Of a stretch of DNA of 64,000 nucleotides, positions 58,824 through 64,000 are shown in pieces. A program made the translations under genes and the position numbers. Below the pieces are notes generated by a model that did no database searches, had not been told where the DNA came from, and was given only the letters and a program-made list of their open reading frames with translations. Origin of the DNA: Candidatus Lustribacter sp. (GTDB lineage: Bacteria; Vulcanimicrobiota; Vulcanimicrobiia; Vulcanimicrobiales; Vulcanimicrobiaceae). The stretch lies in the NCBI GenBank assembly GCA_965277805.1, contig OZ255842.1, forward strand, positions 2,432,001-2,496,000. The letters are read 5' to 3'. Numbering within the stretch: position 1 is the stretch's first letter; each line of letters begins with the position of its first letter.

Positions 58824-58912
58824 TATCCAGTCAACAAGGCGTCCGGTCATCGGCTGGACTCAATAATCGGTTCGTATGGCGCGAACAGTGTAGGGTCGGA
58901 GGACAAGACCTA

Positions 58913-59299
58913 ATGCATCAAATCAGCGCCGATCACGCTGCGCATAATTAGCGCGCGCGGCGTCAAGAAACATTTCTCGCTGCTTTTGAAGTTTGTCTTG
59001 CGAACGAGCGTTGTCAGCGGTGCGGATGGGCCGAACGTCATGCAAAGACTGGGCGTGTTCCCCTCGAGATCGAACACATCGACGGCGATTGGCAAAACGC
59101 GTTCGAATCCAACCTCGCCGTGCTTTGTCCTAACTGTCATGCCCTTACGCCAACGTTTCGAGCAATGAATCGAGGCAGAGGCCGTCCGGGCCGTTCCGGG
59201 CTGCGCCCTAGGCCCGTGCAGGCCGAAATGATGCCACCGCCGCGGCCACGCTTCGAGACACGATGCGAATTGACGCTATTCGAAGTTCCTGCGGAGTGA
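58913..59299 (+). pseudogene. HNH endonuclease interrupted by in-frame TAG (58949-58951); absent from ORF track
   Basis: Own translation: ...ERCQRCGWAERHAKTGRVPLEIEHIDGDWQNAFESNLAVLCPNCHALTPTFRAMNRGRGR...*; GGAGG upstream of ATG 58913. Confidence 0.8.
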
Positions 59300-59320
59300 T
59301 AATGGACGAGCTTCCCTCGA

Positions 59321-61395
59321 TTACGTTCCGCGCTCGGCGCCGAAGTAGTGCACGTACTTGAGGATAAACGTGTTTTGCGTGTACGGTGCGTCGGGATCGC
59401 CATACACGAGGAAGATATCGTCGTGCGGACGGCGGCGCGATAACGCGAACGAAAAGTTGGTCGCGGCAACAAGCCCGGGTATGGCGGCGGGGTTCCGACG
59501 ATGCGGCGTAGACCGATCGTTGCGCTCGTTTGATGATCGACGTCGATCGTCGCGGTTGCGCGCTCGAGCCACTGCTGATCGACGACGCCGCCGCTCCAGG
59601 CGGTCCACTTCGTCTCGTAAGCTTCGAGCGCGAGCGTCACGCGGCGTGCAATCCGGAACGCCGCCAAACGATCGGTCGATGCAAGCCGGCCGGCTCCGAA
59701 TGAGCCGAACTGGTAGGTGAGGTCGGATTGCAGCGGCGTGTTGAGAAAATACTCGACGTTCAGACCCTGCTGGTTATCCGGGTAGAGCACCGTCACGAAC
59801 GGCGGCCGGTAGAACTGCGATCCGGTGAAGACGCGGACGTCGACCTGGTCCTTGAACGTGAACGTTGCAGCTTGTTGAAAATCTTGCAGGTTCGTGCCGA
59901 GGCCGTCGCTGCCGGCGTAGTGGTCGAGCGTCGTCCCGATGTTCAGCGATTGCAGCCCGCCCTTGAAATGAAACGTGTGAAAGCCCTGGCTGCTGTAGCC
60001 GGAGATGTCGTTGACCGGCGTGTAGCCGTCGACCGGATTCCATTGCGAGCCCACGCGCCGCATTGAGAACTGGACGTTGTCGTTCGCCGTTTGATACTGG
60101 ATGCCACCATCCCAGCGTTGCGCTGTCGAAGCGTTCGTCACGTTCGTTCCGCTCTCGTTCGCGGCTTCGATGTAGCCCAGAATGCCGCGCTGATCGTTGA
60201 ACTGGAGCGAGCCGAAGTTCACGGTATCGGTCAGGGCGGTTTGGTTCGAGCTCACTCGCGTATAGTTGGCAGCAAAAACGTTCGACGGCGTCGTGTAGGT
60301 GACGGACTGCGCCTGATCGATCCGGCCGAATCCGATCGCATCCAACGCGCCGAAGGCAAACGGGCCCTGCGTCCCTTCGAGCTGGTAGCCCGAACGCGGC
60401 GTCGGGATCGCGGTGGTGTACAACTCGTAGTAACCCGCGCCCGGACACTCGTAGCACAACGTGTGATCGTAAAAATGCGCGCCTTGCGCAAAAAACGGAC
60501 GCAGTTCCGGATAGAAGCGCGTGAACGTCGTCGGCGTGATCGTCTGCTGATCGGTTTCGACGTTGGAGAAATCCGGATGAAACGTTGCGACGAGCGAGGC
60601 GGTGGGCGTAACGGGAATCGCCACGTCCGCCCCCATGCGCGACGTGTCCCCACCGTATTCGGGCGGTCCCGCTTGTCCGAGCGCGTAGAGGCCGACGCGC
60701 GCCTTTGCCCGTGCCGCCTTCGACCCCACGGCGAAGCCGTCGATCACGCCGGCATCCGTGACCTGATCCGACGAACTTTGGCCCGGCGCCGACGCCCACT
60801 CGTCGCGCTCGTTGTTGGCCTTGATGTCGCGCTCGAACTGAACGCGCCACGCCGCCGCGCCGCTGCCGCGAATCGCTGAAAACGGAATGCGCATCGTGAC
60901 GATGTAGCCGCTCGTCGTCGGGCGCGCCAAGGCGATCCACGCCGGCGCATAGTTGTTGTTTTCGGTCGACGCTTGATAGCGTGTTCCACGCGGCGTCGCC
61001 CGGAAATCATAGGCGATGCCGCTCACGCCGCCCGCCCACAAGCGCACGGTAACCGTGTCATCGGAATTTTCACCGATGCCGTCCACGGCCTGAGTCGCCG
61101 TTATCGTTTCACGCTGCGTCACCGTGAAGCGCACGAAGAGCGACTTGGCATCGGTGACGAACGCCACGTCCGCCGGCTCATCGGCGGGACGTCCGTGCGT
61201 GAAATCCCACGCGGTAGCGACGTGCGCTGCGGTGGCCCAGCCGGCGTCGCCGTCCATCGACGGCGCGCTCGTCACCACGGGTAAGCTCGCTTGCGGCGGA
61301 CCTGCTGCCGCCGTGGACCGGCTAATCGAACATAAAAACAGCAACGGCGCGACGAGGGCGACCCGTAGAATGGCGGTTCGCCCCAATCGCTCCAC
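59321..61395 (-). CDS. Outer-membrane CBM9/DUF5916-like protein with a frameshift near 59480
   Basis: Signal peptide, ATFHPDFSNVETDQQTI.PT.F.R.YPELRPFF; native-looking C-terminus (VYGDPDAPYTQNTFILKYVHYFGAERGT) in another frame. Confidence 0.72.
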
Positions 61396-61493
61396 AGTAC
61401 GTCATACGTACTATATCGCGCCACGTAATGTCAAGACGCAAGGAAGCGCTCTGTTTGAAGGTAGCAGGCCGAGCCGAGCGGCAAGCGCGCTCC

Positions 61494-62609
61494 ATGCTTC
61501 GTTCGCTACTTCGTCTGAGCGCCGCAGTCGCGCTTGCCGTGCTGGTTTCCCCGCTGGCGCCGTCGGCCGCTCCCGCGCCCGGGGTCGCCTACGACGAGAT
61601 CGTGCGGGTGCTCGTCGGCGCCACGCCGCCGCCGCCCGGCAGTTTTCAAGCCGACGTCGCCGCGCTGAATTCCGCACAAACCGCCGCAAGTCCGACGCCG
61701 GCGCCCCGTAAGCGCGGCATCGGTTTCGGAGCCATCGCCGGAGCCGTGCTGGGCGGCGGAGGCGTCGGCGGAATCGGTGGTGCGGTCGCGGGCGACGTCG
61801 CGTCCAACGCCTTAGACAACGCGATGCAACAATCGCTCGGGCCGCAGTTTGCAGCGCTCGGCGCGTCGATCCGCTCGTTTCTTCAACCGCACTTGATGCG
61901 CTACGCCTACTACAATGGCTGGGAACGCGTCGACGATGTTTCGGCACAGACCGCCACGATCCGTAAGTGCGATATCGGTCAAGTCTACCGCCTCGATCTG
62001 GCCAAGAAAACGTATTCCGTGTTCGATCCGAACAGCGAGCCGACGCCGGCAGCCGCCGCACCGCCTCCGCAACGTGGAACGCGTCCCGTCGCGCCAGGCG
62101 CACCCGAACCGCCCGGCACGGCCGTTGCTGCAATCAGCACGACGGTAACGCCACTCGGATCGCTGCGCATCGAGAATCAGCCGACGAGCGGTTACGCTTC
62201 CACCGTCGCGTTTGCAACGACGCAATCCACCGGGAGCTGCCGTAACGCCAGCGCGTCGATCACGACCCAAGACTATTTCTCGCCGATTAACCGGCCGCTC
62301 GTGACCTCGTGCCCGATCCGCCGCGCACCCGTGCCGCAAAGTGCGGACGAGGCCGTCGCGCCGCCGCAGACCACGGGCGGTTGCCGGCCTACGATGACGA
62401 TGCATAGCAGCGGACCTTCGCTTCCGGCCGGGAAACTTTCGCTCTATACGCTCGTCACGATGAACGCAAGTGCGGGCGCAACGCCCGCGCCGAGCGCCAG
62501 CGGAAATCCCGGCATCGGATTCCTCACCGAGCGTGGCAACATCAAGTCGCTCGGCGTCCCGGATACGGGCCTTTTTGCAGTGCCCAGCGACTTCACCAAG
62601 ACACCCTAA
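61494..62609 (+). CDS. Secreted hypothetical protein
   Basis: Signal peptide, Gly-zipper-like segment, C-terminal LFAVPSDFTK. Confidence 0.7.
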   Translation: MLRSLLRLSAAVALAVLVSPLAPSAAPAPGVAYDEIVRVLVGATPPPPGSFQADVAALNSAQTAASPTPAPRKRGIGFGAIAGAVLGGGGVGGIGGAVAGDVASNALDNAMQQSLGPQFAALGASIRSFLQPHLMRYAYYNGWERVDDVSAQTATIRKCDIGQVYRLDLAKKTYSVFDPNSEPTPAAAAPPPQRGTRPVAPGAPEPPGTAVAAISTTVTPLGSLRIENQPTSGYASTVAFATTQSTGSCRNASASITTQDYFSPINRPLVTSCPIRRAPVPQSADEAVAPPQTTGGCRPTMTMHSSGPSLPAGKLSLYTLVTMNASAGATPAPSASGNPGIGFLTERGNIKSLGVPDTGLFAVPSDFTKTP

Positions 62610-62617
62610 CAAAGAAG

Positions 62618-62649
62618 CGAGGCTCCCGTTTTGGGAGCCTCGTGTTTTC
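62618..62649. terminator. Bidirectional intrinsic terminator between convergent genes
   Basis: CGAGGCTCCC-GTTTT-GGGAGCCTCG flanked by A-rich and T-rich tracts. Confidence 0.75.
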
Positions 62650-63297
62650 TCAGGGCAGTTCGATCTCGGCGAGATTCTTTTCGATCTTTCGCTTCACGCG
62701 CTGCAGCGCGTTGTCGATCGACTTCACGTGCCGGTTGAGGTCACGCGCCATCTCCTGGTAACTCTTGCCTTCGAGATATGAGAGCAGCACCTGCGACTCG
62801 AGGTCGGAAAGGTTCTCCTGGATGCGCGACTTGATGTCTTCCGAAACTTCTTGGTTGATGACCAAATCTTCCGGATCCGACGTCTTGTTCGACGGCATTA
62901 CGTCGAGAAGCGTACGCTCGCTGTCTTCGTCGTAAATCGGCTTGTTCAGCGAGATGTATTGATTGAGCGGGATGTGCTTCTGACGGGTGGCCGTCTTGAT
63001 CGCGGTGATGATTTGCCGCGTGATGCACAGTTCGGCGAAGGCACGAAAGCTCGAGAGCTTGTCTGCCTTGAAGTCGCGGACGGCCTTATAAAGCCCGATC
63101 ATCCCTTCTTGGATGATGTCTTCGCGATCGGCGCCGATGAGAAAATAACTCTTTGCCTTGATGCGAACGAAATTCTTGTACTTGTTCAACAAGAATTCCA
63201 TCGCCAGACTCTCGCCGGCTTTAGCCGCCGCGACGAGGTCCTCGTCGGGACGCTCGCTGTAGTCGAGCGTCGCCGGCGCGGGATGCGTGAGCGCCAT
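62650..63297 (-). CDS. sigH: RNA polymerase sigma factor SigH
   Basis: SYFLIGADREDIIQEGMIGLYKA, CITRQIITAIKTATRQKHIPLN, KSIDNALQRVKRK. Confidence 0.95.
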   Translation of the reverse strand: MALTHPAPATLDYSERPDEDLVAAAKAGESLAMEFLLNKYKNFVRIKAKSYFLIGADREDIIQEGMIGLYKAVRDFKADKLSSFRAFAELCITRQIITAIKTATRQKHIPLNQYISLNKPIYDEDSERTLLDVMPSNKTSDPEDLVINQEVSEDIKSRIQENLSDLESQVLLSYLEGKSYQEMARDLNRHVKSIDNALQRVKRKIEKNLAEIELP

Positions 63298-63373
63298 CGA
63301 TTCCTACCTTACCCTGGGTGGATGCGCGAGAAAACGCAGGCCGCGGCCCGTCGGACCAGCGCGCATCCGGACT

Positions 63374-63402
63374 AGTATAGGAGGGTCCTGCAAGAAAATC
63401 AA
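63374..63402 (-). promoter_or_regulatory. sigma70-type promoter of sigH
   Basis: TTGATT-N17-TATACT on minus strand. Confidence 0.6.
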
Positions 63403-63416
63403 GGACATACGCGCCT

Positions 63417-64000
63417 TTAGCTGCTTCGGCGCTGCCGGACCGCCTCGTAAAGCAGGATGGCGGCCGCCACCGACGCGTTCAGGGACTGCGTCTTGCCGGC
63501 CATGGGGATCGAGACGCGGTAGTCGCACTCCCGGCCGACCAAGGGAGCGATGCCTTCACCTTCAGCGCCGATCACGATCGCCAGATCGCGGGCGAAGTCG
63601 ACCTCGGTCAGCGGCACAGTACCCTCACCGAGGGCCGCTCCGGCTACCCAGATCCCGGCCTTCTTCAGCGTGCGGATCGCTTGCGAGATATTCGCGACCC
63701 GCGCGATCGGCAAGTGGGCGGTTGCTCCCGCTGCCGCTTTGCGGACGGTGGCGTTAACCCCGGCCGAGCGCCGTTCCGGCAGCACGAGCGCCGTGCCGCC
63801 GGCCGCCTCGGTCGTGCGGATGATCGCGCCGACATTATGCGGGTCGGTCACGTGATCGAGCAGCACGAACAGCGCCGGGCCCGGGCGCGGCAGCGCGATC
63901 GCTTCTTCCAGCGTGATGTAGTCGAACGGCGCGCCGTACGCGACCACACTCTGATGCGCTTTGTAGGGAAAGTTGCCGAAGAACGTGCGGTTCTCGAAAC
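63417..64000 (-). CDS. rlmB: 23S rRNA (Gm2251) 2'-O-methyltransferase RlmB, 5'-partial
   Basis: LDHVTDPHNVGAIIRT, IGAEGEG, IPMAGKTQSLNASVA; upstream of sigH. Confidence 0.93.
   Translation of the reverse strand, partial: FENRTFFGNFPYKAHQSVVAYGAPFDYITLEEAIALPRPGPALFVLLDHVTDPHNVGAIIRTTEAAGGTALVLPERRSAGVNATVRKAAAGATAHLPIARVANISQAIRTLKKAGIWVAGAALGEGTVPLTEVDFARDLAIVIGAEGEGIAPLVGRECDYRVSIPMAGKTQSLNASVAAAILLYEAVRQRRSS

Noticed and set aside
62650-63297. Sporulation inferred from sigH
   Set aside because: SigH homologues occur in non-sporulators and no spo genes are in the window
1-64000. CRISPR array, prophage or IS transposase
   Set aside because: No regularly spaced repeat-spacer units, cas genes, phage structural genes or transposase motifs were seen

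Overview
High-GC bacterial chromosomal window from a diderm: it has a secretin and an outer-membrane-type protein together with rlmB-sigH and rpmG-tRNA-Trp-secE-nusG-rplK-rplA. It is tentatively Vulcanimicrobiota/Eremiobacterota-like (inference only). 1-17.6 kb is an aromatic-catabolism-type region with four Rieske oxygenase alpha subunits, many orphan solute-binding proteins, a ThDP enzyme, an amidohydrolase, a dienelactone hydrolase and a VOC protein. 17.7-24.3 kb holds translation genes, crcB, malate synthase, fumarylacetoacetase and tRNAs. A free-standing PD-(D/E)XK homing-type nuclease (24.3-24.8 kb) ends inside tRNA-Thr(GGT). A Tat-signal ThDP enzyme is coupled to a di-haem cytochrome c (25-27.5 kb). 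A complete Tad/Flp pilus locus with a CpaE-CpaF fusion lies at 29-41 kb, followed by regulators, a di-haem peroxidase/phosphoesterase pair, CIRCE-hsp20 and alkB. A 6.7-kb integrase-less island sits in tRNA-Gly between 27-bp direct repeats. It carries three tandem paralogous microproteins with an identically spaced 8-ligand Cys/His motif, plus other Zn-ribbon microproteins and gene relics. An atypical CCA-less tRNA-Thr(TGT) is followed by a cryptic HNH nuclease frame that the ORF track missed. All calls come from visual motif recognition; no database searches were run.
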